Assembly (NCBI GenBank): GCA_964016885.1
Contig: OZ024744.1
Span: 71,114,001 to 71,178,000, forward strand
Direction: 5' to 3'
Source: Eledone cirrhosa
Lineage: Eukaryota
DNA: 64,000 bases
The notes under the pieces: generated by a model
The model's database searches: none
Seen by the model: the letters and a program-made list of their open reading frames with translations, nothing else
Told to the model about the DNA's origin: nothing
Position numbers and translations under genes: made by a program
Part shown: positions 13,433 to 27,044 of the stretch, piece after piece
Numbering within the stretch: position 1 is the first letter of the stretch
Layout: the number at the start of each line of letters is the position of its first letter

Positions 13433-13702
13433 TGTGGGTATGGTGTGGTGTGCGGTGGCCGGAAGCTGGGGAGTGCTCGACCGGAAGAGTGCTTGACCGG
13501 AAGGGTGCTTGGCCGGAAGGGTGCTCGACCGGAAGGGCCAGCAGATCGGTCTCTCTCTAGTGGTGATCAGGAACGGTGTGGACGCGAGTTTGGCAGCTTC
13601 CGGGTGTTAATGAGTTGGACGCACGTGGAAGAGGAGAAACCAGCCATGGGATTTAGCGGCGCCTATGAAAAACGGTAAGTGAGATAGCTTTTTCTAACTA
13701 CA
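13433..13702 (+). repeat. 5' LTR (TG...CA)
   Basis: Direct repeat of ~17392-17650. Confidence 0.9.
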
Positions 13703-16700
13703 AGCTATTTCGGCACTGGAAACAGATCTGATGGAAAAAAAAAAAAAAAAAAAAAAAAACTTTCTCGAAAACAAAGCTACTGGAAAAACAGAGAGGAGTC
13801 TGTTGTTTTTTTTTATTACGTACCGCAAGACAAATTAGGATATGGCGACGAGACTACGAATGAGCGAAGCAATTAGGACATTTACCGGTGAAGGTGATGT
13901 TGTCGCTTGGCTGCGAAAAGTCCGGCTGGTCGCAAGCTTACAGAAGATAGAAGATGTGGCTGGCCTCATAGCACTGTACCTCGAGGGGGATACGTTGGTA
14001 CTCTTCCTTGAGTTGGATGAACACAGCCAAAGGGATGCGCAAAAGATTGAGAGGGGCATGATGGTAGCGTTCGCGGAGGGACCGTTAGCCGCTTTTGCTA
14101 AGCTGGCAAGGATTAGATGGAACGGTGAACGCATTGACATTTTCGCAGCGGAAATACGGCGATTGGCCATGTTGGCTGGATATCAGGTGGAATGCGAACG
14201 CACGGTGCAGTTGGCGTTCATAAATGGATTTCCAGACGACATAGCGGTGAAACTGCAGCAAGTCCCGGGTTACAAAGAAATGGAGATGCGTTCACTGGTG
14301 GAGCAAGCCGGCATCATAGCAGAAGATGCCAAGAAGAGTGTCGCGGCGATAGCAACTACAGAGGCTCAAGACAGCTGGCAGCGAAATGGTGAAAAGGAGG
14401 CAACCACGGCACGTGGTCGCCCAAGAACGTTTAGAGGTCGCTGTTTTAGGTTCCAGGGCCCGTACATGGCGAGACTGTAGAGAGTCAAGGCCGGAAATAA
14501 TATGCTACCGATGTAAGCGACCAGGCCACATCGCTACTAACTGCGACCAGGGAAACGATTCAATGGGAACTACTGCGCCGGTAGTTGCCCCTTACGAGTA
14601 GAGGCGCTGCCCGTGGTGGAAGTCTTCGTGAGGGGAAAGCCACAGCGAGCTCTCGTGGACACGAGCTGTACGACGACACTGGTGACCGCGGGGGTGGCGC
14701 AGAAGTGGAGAGGGAAGAGCAGCGTAAGGGCAGTCGACGGCAGAAAAATTGAATGCCGAGATCGCAGCGAGGTGGAGATGGCGGTATGGGGAAGGAAAAT
14801 AAGGCTTTCTGCCATCGTAGTTGACAACGTGGTGGATGGGATCGGCGTGGTTATGGGCATGGACGCAATTGGCCGTCTAGGAGGCGTCACAGTGAACAAC
14901 GTCGGTGTGTCGTTTGGCTGCGCTCTATCGGTATGTGCTGAGAGTACGCGACAGGAAAACCAGAAGGCCCACGAGGAGAAATACCCCACTTACACTGTGC
15001 AGGACAAAGACTTCAAGGCCGTGTTCGATGGGTTGTTGAGTGGTACTGGAAGGGAGAACCACCAACACTGAAGACCAAAGTGGGCTGCTATCAACACACA
15101 TTGAAGGGAGACATTAGGAGCGAGTTCGAGCGAGAGGTAGAGAGATGGATTGAGGAGGGTGTACTGCTTCCCTGGAAAGAGGAGGTGAAGTGCGGAGTAT
15201 TGCCGTTAATGGCGGTGGCGCAACCCACGAAGAACAAGGTGAGGCCGGTACTGGACTTTCGAGAGCTGAACGAGCACGTGTCATGCCACACCGGTGGTGA
15301 GGTCACGGATGTCTGTGGGAAAACCCTGCGTGAGTGGAGACGCATGACGGGGGGGTTCCGCAATCGTAAATCTAAAGTCGACATACTTGCAATTGCATAT
15401 AGATGAGAAGCTCTGGCAGTATCAGCTGGTCAGGTATAAAGGCCGGACATATTGCCTGACCAGGCTCGGTTTCGGGCTGAGCTCCACACCGAAGATCATG
15501 GCGGCGGTCCTCAAGACCATTCTGGGAAAGGCCGACAAGATGAAGAGGGCCACTAATTCCTACATTGACGACATCTTAGTAGACGAGTCTGTAGTGTCGG
15601 CGGCGGAGGTCACGAGCCATTTACAGGGGTATGGACTGGCTGCGAAGCCGTCAGAAGCGTTGGAGGGAGGAGCCGCGCTGGGACTTAGGCTACGTCGAGA
15701 CAGGACGGGCGTCTTAGTATTACAGAGGGGAAATGAAGTTCCAGAACTGGGCCCAAGTACGAGTAGGCGGGAGCTTTTCTCGGTGTGTGGAAAGTTGGTG
15801 GGTCACTACCCGATTGCTAGGTGGCTCCGGACGGCATGCAGCTATGTCAAGAGACGAGCGGGAGGGGTGACAGAGTGGGAAAGAGGACGGTGGCCATGAT
15901 GCAGGAGATCGTGGAGAGGGTGAAGGCCGACGACCCAGTGCGGGGACGCTGGTATGTTCCCAAATCGCAGAGCGGGACCGTATGGTGCGATGCCAGCAGC
16001 ATAGCGCTGGGTGTCACGTTGGAGATAGGAGGTGTTGCGGTCGAGGATGCAGCCTGGCTTAGGAAGAAGGACGACTGCAACCACATCAATGTGGCCGAAC
16101 TGGACGCGGTGTTGAGAGGGGTGAACCTCGCCCTGAGGTGGGGATTGCACACCATCGAGATACGCATCGACTCGGCTACTGTACTCGGATGGGTGAGATC
16201 AGTGCTCACCAGTGAGAAGAGAGTGCGAACGAGAGGGGCAGCGGAGATGCTGATAAAGCGCCGCCTGGGAACTTTAGGAGAGCTGGCCACCGAGTTAGAC
16301 CTGAGGCTGAGCGTAGTTTTCGTGCCCTCAGAGAAAAATAGGGCGGACGTCTTAACCAGGGTGAAGAAAGCCTGGATGGAAGCGGCGGAGGAGGTAGAAG
16401 ATGAGATAGCTGCCGTGTGTCGGCTGACCTAGTCAGATCTGAAAGGGTTGCATGACATGCGCCACATGGGAGTGGATAGGACCCTGTCTCCTAGCCAGGA
16501 GAATCGACTCGGACGTTAACAGACATAGTGGTCAAAGGGTGGTTAGAGGCTGCGTCCGATGTCAGTCCATTGATCCCGCCCCGGGTGTACACGAAACGGG
16601 AAGCCTCCCGGTGGATCGCGACTGGAAGCGATTGGCGGTGGTAGTAACGCACTACCGACAGGGAACGTACCTCTCGATGGTCGACTGTGGACCAGGACGG

Positions 16701-17391
16701 ATGGCGATATGGAGGGAGATGAAGACTGGAACGGCCGAGGAAATCATGCGGACGTTGAGAGAGGTGTTCTTGGAGCGGGGCCCTGTGGACGAACTGCTGA
16801 TTGACAACAGCACAGCGTTCCGCTCAGAGGCGCTGAGGGAGATGCTCGATGGATGGATGGTGGACCGTTTCTTCAGAGCAGCGTACAGGCCGAGCGGAAA
16901 TGGAATTGTGGAGCGAGATCACCGGACGATCAAGGCAATGGCGGAGCGGGGCCACATCTCACCAATGGAGGCAGTGTTCTGGTACAACATGTCCCCTCGG
17001 ATGGGACAGGTTGAGGAATCGGTGCCACACAGAGCAGTATTCAGATACGAGTGGAGGCACCCGTGCACACCACCACAACGGCCAGTGGGGAGAGAGAATG
17101 CATTCGTGCAGGTGGGCGAAGAAGTCTGGGTTAAGCCCCCAGATGCACGTTGCACATCTCAATGGGGAAGGGGAACGGTGACGGCCGTAAATTCCCAGAA
17201 CAATGTGTCTGTGGACGGAGTACCACGTCATGTGCTGGATGTCCGTAGAATCACTGTGTCAACGGACTCCGAGGAAGAGTAAACCCAAAGTGCCGCCCCA
17301 ACACTGCGGAGATCGCAAAGAAGTCACAAACCACCAACCTGGACAGCAGACTTTCATATGCAGAAGGACGAGGGGGAAATTGGTCGGGGGG

Positions 17392-17650
17392 GGGGGGTAT
17401 GGTGTGGTGCGCGGTGGCCGGAAGCTGGGAAGTGCTCGACCGGAAGAGTGCTTGGCCGGAAGGGTGTTCGACCGGAAGGGCCAGCAGATTGGTCTCTCTC
17501 TAGTGTTGATCAGGAACGGTGTGGACGCGAGTTTGGCAGCTCCCGGGTGTTAATGAGTTGGATTGTACGCACGTGGAAGAGGAGAAACCAGCCATGGGAT
17601 TTGGCGGTGCCTATGAAAAGCGGTAAGTGAGATAGCTTTTTCTAACCACA
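17392..17650 (+). repeat. 3' LTR, preceded by a G-rich polypurine tract
   Basis: Direct repeat of 13433-13702. Ends ...ctaaccaca. Confidence 0.9.
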
Positions 17651-17880
17651 GATATATTGTTGTGTTACATATTGGCTAGTGATTTCACGGCGAAAGAAAA
17701 ATAGTTGTTTACCTTTCCACGGTCAAAGCTGCAAGAGAGAGATTTTTTTGAGCTGACGCGGGCATTTTTCCTGCGGAGCGTGTACAGATACATTCTCCTC
17801 TGCTGGCGGCCATTGGCTGGGCTCAGCCAAATAACGCACGGAGAATGTATCATTGCGCCCAAGGAACATAGGTCACTACA
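17651..17880 (-). repeat. Distal part of the 5' LTR of the minus-strand gypsy element (split by the nested insertion)
   Basis: Starts TGTAGTG on the minus strand directly after (TA)n. Continues at 13432-13195 across the GATAT TSD. Confidence 0.6.
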
Positions 17881-17924
17881 TATATATATATATACATATA
17901 TGTATATATATATATACAAATTTG

Positions 17925-17988
<64 letters not shown>

Positions 17989-18096
17989 TATGTATACATA
18001 TATATATATATATACATATATGTATATATATATACATATATGTATATATATATACATATATGTATATATATATATATACATGTACATATATATATT

Positions 18097-18127
<31 letters not shown>

Positions 18128-18196
18128 GTACATATATACATACATATAAGTATATATATACATTATATATATATATACAGATATGTATCATCATCA

Positions 18197-18228
<32 letters not shown>

Positions 18229-18409
18229 AATAAAACGAGTAAATCAGACAAAGTTGGAATTCCTTTTATTAATATAATCTTCTATACACAATCATACACA
18301 CCCGTGTATATTTATCTATCTATCTCTCTCTATATATATATACATATATATATATATAAATACATATATGTATATATATATACATATATGTATATATAAT
18401 GGAAAAATT

Positions 18410-20080
18410 TGAACAGGAACAAAACAGAGAGGCAGTACAACGAATGTTTATTAATTTCACGCTCTGGAGAGTGGGGTGGTGGTGGGGAACGACGTTTCGG
18501 GCATAAGCCCTTCCTCGGGTGAGAAGTGTGTGGGAACAGAGTTCAAAGGGTGTGTAGGGGAGTGGAGAGACATATAGCGAAAGGAAACGGTGCGAATGAA
18601 ATTAAAATTAAAATTAAAATAAAGCATGATCAAAATACAAGGAATGAAATAAAATTAAATATAAAAGCATGATCAAAATAAACTGAAATTAAACAGGGGT
18701 AAAACAGGTGGTGGAAGGGTGTGGGTGTGTAGGGGTGGTGGAGTGGGGAGAGGGAAACGGGGTGTCCGAGCGGGGAGGGCTGAAGGTGGTGTGTGTGTGT
18801 GGATGTACGTGTGTGTGTGTGTATGTGAAAGTAAGGGTTGGGGGAAGAACTGGGTTGCATGTTCAGGAAGAGGTGTGTGTGTGGGGGCGGGGTTGTAGGT
18901 CGGAGTGCCTGTGCGTGTGTGGATAGAGGGGTGGGGGGAGAGGAATCAGGAGGCTGAGGGTGTAAATATGTGGTGGAAAGCACGTGTGTGGGGTTTAAGC
19001 GTGTTGTGGGTGTAGGTGGCGTGTGGGAGAAAAAAAATGTTGGGGTGTGTGTGTGGGTGAGTTATATAGGTGATTCCGTAAGAGGATGGTTGAAATGTTG
19101 GTAAATTCCTATGATGTTTAGTAGATTCCGTGGTGGTCAAGTTCCACATACGAGTATTCCATGAAGAGATGGTCGGAAGAGGAGATATGTGGGGTGCGCG
19201 CGCAACAGGAAGTGGTCAAGCGGTGGGAGTGCTGTGTGTCTGTTTGTGCTGGGAGGTGGTCAGAGGGCATAGCAGCAGTAGGGTGGAATGGTAAAGGGGC
19301 GAGGATGGGTAGGTGTGAAAGTTGGAGTGAGGAGGGTGTGTGTGTGTATTAGTAGAGGTGTTAGTGGGATGAGTGAGTGTGGAGCGAGGGTGTGGGTGGA
19401 GCGGGGAGAGAAGGGTGTGTATAGTTCTATGGAGGGAGTGTGGTGTACTGGTGTGTGTGTAGTTTGATGAAGGGGGTGTTAGTGGGTGTTAGTATACGGG
19501 AGGTGGGGAAGGGTTGAATGCAGGTGTGAGTGGGGGTTAGTGGTGGTAGGGTGTGTAGAGTTGGTGGTGTGCGAGGGTGTGTGGGTACGTGTGCGTGGGG
19601 TTGGGGGTGTTAGTGATGTTAGTTGCGTGTGGGGTGGGTGGTGTAAGTGGGTGCGTGTGTTCGTGTGCTTGGGGTCAGGGGGTGTTAGTGAGATTAGTTG
19701 CGGGGTGGCGGGATGGAGGTGTGGGGGGTGAGGGTTAGTGGTGGTAGTAGGGTGTGTGTTTAGTGTGAGCGCGTGTATATATGTGTCGGTGGGTGTGTGC
19801 GTGTGATAAGGAGGGGGAGGAGGAGAAGAAGGGAGGGATGTTAGTATGTTAGTTGGGGAAGGTGGTCGGATGAGGGGTGGAGTGGAGGTGTTAGTATTGT
19901 TAGTTGTGGGGTGGGCGGTGAAAAGGAGGGGTGTGTTAGTGGTGTTAGTGGGGGATAAGTGTGGGGGGAGGGGGCGGTCGAAGGCTAAAGGAATAAGGGT
20001 GGGGAGTTCAGGCCGGGGGGAGTGTGGGTCTGTAAGATGAAGATAGTTCTTTGTTCGACTCTAAGGCGATTGGCGGGTGT
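18410..20080 (-). repeat. G/T-rich (C/A-rich on minus) low-complexity element of unknown class, with a degenerate HHR-like motif near 18488-18520
   Basis: Strong strand asymmetry. CCGAGGA-agggc ttat gccc-GAAACGTC on the minus strand, but stem I is poor. Confidence 0.3.
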
Positions 20081-20642
20081 ATATACATATATATATATCT
20101 ATACATATATGTATATATATATACATATATGTATGTATATATATATATACATATGTATATAAAGGATAACAAAATATCGTTATAGGTAATCCAATTAGAG
20201 GTTGTGAATACTTCTTATCTCCTTATAATATATAACCAGCAATTTCTTTGTCTGTCTGTCCGACAGTGGAAACACGTGCGCGCGTGCGAATGTTTTTTGC
20301 GCACGCATAGAGAGAGTGAAAGAAAGAGACAGACTACAAGAGGGGGATAGCGGGAGGGAGAGACGGGGAATTGAGGAGTGCTACAGAAACATATATACAT
20401 TTCTGTGTGTGTGTAATATATATATATATACACACACAGAAATATATATATATTTACACACAGAAATATATATACATTTCTGTGTGTGTAATATATATAT
20501 ATATACACACAGAAATATATATACATTTCTGTGTGTAATATATATATATATATATACACACACAGAAATATATATACATTTCTGTGTGTGTAATATATAT
20601 ATATACTAGCAGAAAACCACCGGCTGAGCGGTTTTCTGCTAG

Positions 20643-21746
20643 TCTATATATATAAAACTGATGTTGTCTGTCTGTCTGTCTACTAAAACGGTCGGCACAC
20701 ATCTCTTAAACCGTACGTTCAAATTTCGGTGAAATTGCTACACTTATAGATGAAGGTCCGGCGGAGACATCGGTCAAAACATTTTCAAATCGACCCAAGC
20801 AAAGTGCAAAAATCGAATTTGTAATGTATTGATTTTTCAGTTCAAATATATAAATAGAGATGAGAGACGAGTTATTTCCCTTTTATGGCGTCATTTGCTT
20901 ATCTATTTATGTTACGTATAAACGACGCGGTGGACGGAGAAGAACAATTTCATGCAAAGACAACACCAAGCTTATGGTGTAAATGGAGTCGTTAGACTAA
21001 TATTCTATTTAAAATAACCGAATGATTTTCAGCCCCGGAGTTTAAGAATGATGTAAATAAAATTGTAAGCGAAAATGAGAGGTTATTAAAATAGTTGTTT
21101 CTACTTTTGGCACAAGACCAGCAATTACCCAGTACATTACTGGAACTTTATTTTATCGACCCCGTAAGGATGAAAGGCAAAGTTAACCTCGACGGGATTT
21201 TAACTTTGCCTTAACATAGTAAAAGTAAATAGTGAAGATTTAGGCCAGTACATACGTATGCGCCGACGAACATACACATACATATACATACGCACACACA
21301 AATACATACACACACACACGTGAGCGCGCGCGCGTGTAAACCTTAAGGATTTCTACAGTATTTTCACCAAACTTAAAACATAGGTTACTCCAGATGGTCA
21401 TGGGCACTTTCATTTTTCCAGATATTGATTATAGGGCCTCCCTTTTAACCACTTCCCTGGAGTCGACTGAAGCACTGCAGTGCAATGTAACAAAACGTCA
21501 TAACTTCTGGAGTTCACAACCGATTTTCACAAAACTTGACACATGGGCTACGTTTGTTCTACAGATGAATGTGAACTCTCAGAATTGGCACATATTGAGT
21601 AGGGGACCCCTGGGGTAGGAACCCCCTTTTGAAAAAAGCCGATGATTTTGTAAAAGTATAGTTTTCGAAGCAACACTGAAGTATTGACATAAATGGTATA
21701 CATAACTGCTATTTAATACCCGAGCAGCGCCGGGTACTTCTGCTAG
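20643..21746 (+). mobile_element. Non-autonomous Helitron
   Basis: 5' TCTATATATATAAAACTG followed by (CTGT)n. 3' hairpin cccgagcagcgccggg followed by CTAG|T. Confidence 0.75.
21096..21204 (-). mobile_element. SINE fragment
   Basis: Homologous to 22363-22541. Confidence 0.8.
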
Positions 21747-21855
21747 TTATGGATAGTTTTAGCGTACGGCATTGCTTGACTCAACAAGAGGTTTACGTAG
21801 ATGACGAGTTTATGATTTCACTTGTATTCCTATGTAAGTTTATTTTGGAGTAATA

Positions 21856-22941
21856 AAATTGAAAAAGTGGAGAATAACATGGTCAACAGTACAAAAAGGG
21901 GGATTTATTTGCAGTCTAACAATTGTTTCACTGATGAACTTATCTAAAAATTGCTGAACACTAAAAGCAGTGCCACTCAATTTTAAATACGATGTTAGCT
22001 CGATAAAATCTTCGTAAACTGTTAAAAAAATATATATGTAACCGGCAAATTTACAAATTCAAATTACATCATCAATAATAATATTAATAATAAAGATATA
22101 GAGAGAAAAGGAGGAAGAGAGGGAGATAGATACAGTAATAGATACGTATTTATTTTTATTCTTCATTTTTCACATTTTATACCCTTTTATATCATATTAG
22201 ATGTAATTTATTTATTTATTTATTTATATATTTATCAATTTTTTATATATTTTTTCATATATTTTTATATATCTATTTTTATTTTTATTTACATTTATTC
22301 ATGTATTAACGTTTATTCATTTATTTGTCCCTCTATTCTTCTTTCTATCCTGCGTTATTTCTTGGATTGGCAGTATCGGTAGAGGGTCGGACGCTATGCT
22401 TTCCAGCATAGTTACGTCCCTTTACGATCTGAGTTCAAATCCCGCCGAAGTTGACTTTGCCTTTCATCCTTACGGGGTCGATAAAATAAAGTACCAGTAA
22501 TGCACTGGGTAATTGCTGGCCTTGTGCCTAAAGTAGAAACAGTTATTTCTACTTATGTTTGTCTCTCCTCTGTCTACTAAATACCTTCTGTTTATATTTT
22601 TATCTATAATAATTTCTCCTTTTTCTTTTTCCTTCTTCTTTCTCCTTCCTTTCCTTTCTTTCTTTACTGTATCTATCTCCCTTTCTTCCTCCTTTTCTCT
22701 CTATATCTTTATTATTAATATTATTATTGATGATGTAATTTGAATTTGTAAATTTGCCGGTTACATATATATTTTTTAAAAGTTTCCGAAGATTTTATCG
22801 AGCTAACATCGTCTTTAAAATTGAGTGGCACTGCTTTTAGTGTTCAGCAATTTTTAGACAACTTTATCAGTGAAACAATTGTTAGACTGCAAATAAATCC
22901 CCTTTTTTGTACTGTTGACCATGTTATTCTCCACTTTTTCA
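21856..22941. repeat. Foldback element: inverted arms ~21856-22143 / ~22666-22941
   Basis: ttgaaaaagtggagaataacatggtcaacag... versus ...ctgttgaccatgttattctccactttttcaa. A SINE lies in the spacer. Confidence 0.85.
22363..22541 (+). mobile_element. tRNA-derived SINE with 9-bp TSD
   Basis: A-box-like tggcagtatcgg and B-box gagttcaaatcc. TSD GTTATTTCT at 22354-22362 / 22542-22550. At least 4 other fragments in the window. Confidence 0.85.
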
Positions 22942-22997
22942 ATGTTATACATATGTATATATATATATACATATATGTATATATATACATATATGTA

Positions 22998-23031
<34 letters not shown>

Positions 23032-23041
23032 CATATATATG

Positions 23042-23099
<58 letters not shown>

Positions 23100-23156
23100 C
23101 ATATATATACATATATATACATATATGTATATATACATATATGTATATATATATAC

Positions 23157-23188
<32 letters not shown>

Positions 23189-23216
23189 GTATATATATAA
23201 ATACATATATATACAG

Positions 23217-23288
<72 letters not shown>

Positions 23289-23399
23289 ACGAGCTGTGTT
23301 GTGGCAAATAAGTACAAGGAAAAATAAAAAATTAGAAATAGAAGCTAGGACTATCCATTATTAGTTCTCTACTAGGCATCATAGGTATTTCTTCACATT

Positions 23400-23739
23400 A
23401 AAGACAATATACCTCCGTTATTAGGATAAAAAGAGTTGGGTGGAGAAAGAGAAAGACAAGTGAACAGACACGAATGGTGAGGCAACGTAAAGAGAGGAAA
23501 AAATGAAAAAATCAAGTCAATAATTCATTTCGAACATAAGAACGGGTGAATTTTGACGAGGAGAAAAAGACACGACTTGACCGTACCTTGACCGTACGGG
23601 TGTGAGCGAGAAGAAAGACCGCGTACAGTTTTGGACGATGGAGGAAGTGAGAGAGAGGGTGAGTAGCAGAGAGTGAGTGAGTGAAAGTGCGAGGAAGAGG
23701 CTAGCTACTTATATATATATATATATATTACATATATAT

Positions 23740-23811
<72 letters not shown>

Positions 23812-24590
23812 AATGGCGTGCTGCGTGTTTGCACATGGGTTACATATGAATAAAATTAGTCCTTCATCAGTGATCTTCCAACCTTCATTGGTATTTCTTC
23901 GCTCTAAAGATCATATACATCTGGTTGGTGCGAGCAACAACTAAAGAAAGTTATTGGGACACGTAAAATAGGGTGAAGCGAGCGAGACATGTAAACAAAC
24001 AGATGGTAATGCAACGGAAAGAGAGGAAGAGGAGAAACAAGTCCGTGATATCTATGAACTTAAGTTGGGTGAAATCATAGACGAGAGGTGAAGACCATCC
24101 GACCTGGGCGAGATGTGAGCGAGAAAAGTATTTCACACAGGTCAAACGGGAGGAAGTGAGAGAGGGGGAGAAGCAGAGAGTGAGTAAGTGAATGGGTGAG
24201 GAAGAGGCCAGCTGAGAGAGAGAGTGACTGGCTATACCTCTAGCTGGTGAGAGCAATAACTAAAAAAAAGTTATTGGGACACGTAAATTAGGGTGAAGCG
24301 AGCGAGACATGTAAACAAACGGAGATGGTAATGCAACGGAAAGATAGGAAGAGGAGAAACAAATCCGTGATATCTATGAACTTAAATTCTGTGAAATCAT
24401 AGACAAGAGGTAAAGACCATCCGACCTGGGTGAGATGTGAGCGAGAAAAGGATTTCACACAGGTCAAACGGGAGGAAGTGAGAGAGGGGGAGAAGCGGAT
24501 TGTAATGACTGAAAGTGTGAGGAAGAGGCCAGCCGAGAGAGAGAGAGACCGGCAGAGGGGGTAAAAAGAAGGTGAGAGATACAGGAAAAT
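23400..24590 (-). repeat. Purine-rich repeat family with internal tandem duplication (~23930-24230 / ~24250-24545); related to 62147-62841
   Basis: Shared blocks gttattgggacacgtaaa...gagcgagaaaag and ctgatgaaggact...catatgtaacccat. Confidence 0.65.
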
Positions 24591-24616
24591 GTATATATGT
24601 ATATATATATATATAT

Positions 24617-24707
<91 letters not shown>

Positions 24708-24713
24708 ATATAC

Positions 24714-25245
24714 ATTTTCCTGGCTGAGAGATGGATCAATAAGACAATAGAGGTAGTTCGAGTTAGTAATCGAATATTTAAGCTTAGATTAGTTGTAGGC
24801 AGGAAACTACTGATAATCATCTCGGCCTATGCTCCCCAAGCAGGCCTAGGTGAAGATGAGAAAGACTGCTTTTACGAGCAACTTTTACAAACAACCGCAA
24901 TGACAGAGGACGGAGACATCGTTATGTTAGCAGGGGACATCAATGGTCATGTTGGACAGCTCCAGGATGGTTACACTGGGGTACATGGTGGGCACGGATA
25001 CGGCTCAAGAAATGAAGAAGGAGTGAGACTTCTTGAATTTTGTGATGCAAGTACACTGACTATTTGCAACACTAACTTCCAGAAACCTGCCAACTACCTA
25101 ATAACCTACAAATCAGTCGAGCACATAAGCCAGATTGACTTCTTACTAGTTAGGCAGCGGGACAGGCAGATGGTGTCAAATACCAAGGCATACCCTGGGG
25201 AAGAATGTACCCCCACAGCATAGGTTAGTCGTTAGTGACATCTCA
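24714..25245 (+). pseudogene. RTE APE endonuclease fragment
   Basis: IFLAERW...SAYAPQ...GDINGHVG...SQIDF. Near-identical to ~32420-32950. Confidence 0.88.
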
Positions 25246-25620
25246 CAATAAGGGGTCTCACTCCAACACTTGAATCTGTTGATGGAACCCTTTCTGCCTT
25301 TGTCACCCTTACTTCAGCCTTAAAGAATTAGCTTCTAATGAATTTCCCTTTTCTTTAAACCATTGAACCCCACCCATCCTGTGGACACCTGTCTTACAGC
25401 ATTGTTAGTCCAAGTGATAAACAAGGATTGGTATTCCAATTTTGAATTTGTTTCAGTATTCTTTCTGCCTTTGTTAATATTATAGCTTTTAAGAATTAGC
25501 TTTTAATGAACTCCCTTTTCTTTAAATCCTTCAACCAATGACCTACACCCATCCCAATCCCCACTCTCTCCTACCACCAGATAAGGAAAGATATAAATAC
25601 TACCACTTACTTGGACAGCC

Positions 25621-25671
25621 AGCTTCCTGATGATTTCTCACGAATGAAACAGTTCTAGTCTTGTAAAAGCT
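25621..25671 (+). ncRNA. Type I hammerhead ribozyme (family E)
   Basis: agcttc-CTGATGA-tttctcacgaat-GAAACAG ttctagtc TTGTA-aaagct. Homologous to the pair at 38444-38549. Confidence 0.6.
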
Positions 25672-25682
25672 CTTCTATATTA

Positions 25683-26200
<518 letters not shown>

Positions 26201-26261
26201 TATATACATATCATTCAAAATATTAACAAATGAAGGATATTCACATAATCAAAATATATAC

Positions 26262-26321
26262 TTTATTATATATATTTCAAAGGTACTGTGTTGTTTTTTC
26301 AGTACGTCTTCATCAGATAAA
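26262..26321 (-). ncRNA. Type I hammerhead ribozyme (family D), mirror copy
   Basis: Reverse complement of 26439-26498. Confidence 0.7.
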
Positions 26322-26438
26322 ATATATGATTTGATATATGACATACCGCTATTGTCTTGATTATACAATTCCAGTATTGCCAATACTGGAATTGTATAAT
26401 CAAGACCGTAGCGGTATGTCACATATCAAATCATATAT

Positions 26439-26498
26439 TTTATCTGATGAAGACGTACTGAAAAAACAACACAGTACCTTTGAAATATATATAATAAA
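26439..26498 (+). ncRNA. Type I hammerhead ribozyme (family D)
   Basis: tttat-CTGATGA-agac gtactg aaaaaacaaca cagtac cttt-GAAAT ATAT ATA-ataaa. Confidence 0.72.
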
Positions 26499-26650
26499 GT
26501 ATATATTTTGATTATGAGAATATCCTTCATTTGTTAATATTTTGAATGATATTAAAAACTTCAGGAAAACTTTTACAGTTGCGTGCTTTTATTCTGTTGT
26601 AAAATGGTATTCATTGAGTAATCAACGAACCATATTAATCTTTGGTCATA

Positions 26651-26682
<32 letters not shown>

Positions 26683-26689
26683 CATATAG

Positions 26690-26778
<89 letters not shown>

Positions 26779-26940
26779 CGAGTAGGACCCCGACGGCTGA
26801 ACTCAAGCCGTTTCGACGGCCAATTCTGTCCAGAATTAGCCGCCGGGGTCCTACTCGTTCCTATTACCCACTCTATTACACTAAGTATTGAGAACTTTGG
26901 TGCGTTATGGTCCACCTGGTTCCTTACCACTTTTCCTTCG

Positions 26941-27031
<91 letters not shown>

Positions 27032-27044
27032 CATATATATATAT

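Larger units (their letters stand above)
13433..17650 (+). mobile_element. Full-length degenerate Ty3/gypsy element nested in the LTR of the previous element
   Basis: Two LTRs and a GATAT TSD (13428-13432 / 17651-17655). Gag with CCHC (CYRCKRPGHIATNC), PR ALVDTS, RT YIDD, RH WCDAS, IN GNGIVER. Multiple frameshifts. Confidence 0.93.
26208..26552. repeat. Near-perfect 345-bp palindrome (172-bp arms, 1-nt spacer at 26380)
   Basis: Centre ...aattccagtattg-c-caatactggaatt... Confidence 0.92.

Noticed and set aside
18488-18525. Minus-strand hammerhead (CCGAGGA-gggc/gccc-GAAACGTC)
   Set aside because: U4C core change and no good stem I, so it is not counted. It may be a decayed copy.
20385-20604. 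Short regularly spaced repeats resembling a CRISPR array
   Set aside because: A minisatellite of palindromic cacagaaatatatatacatttctgtgtg units with no unique spacers or cas genes, in a eukaryotic context.
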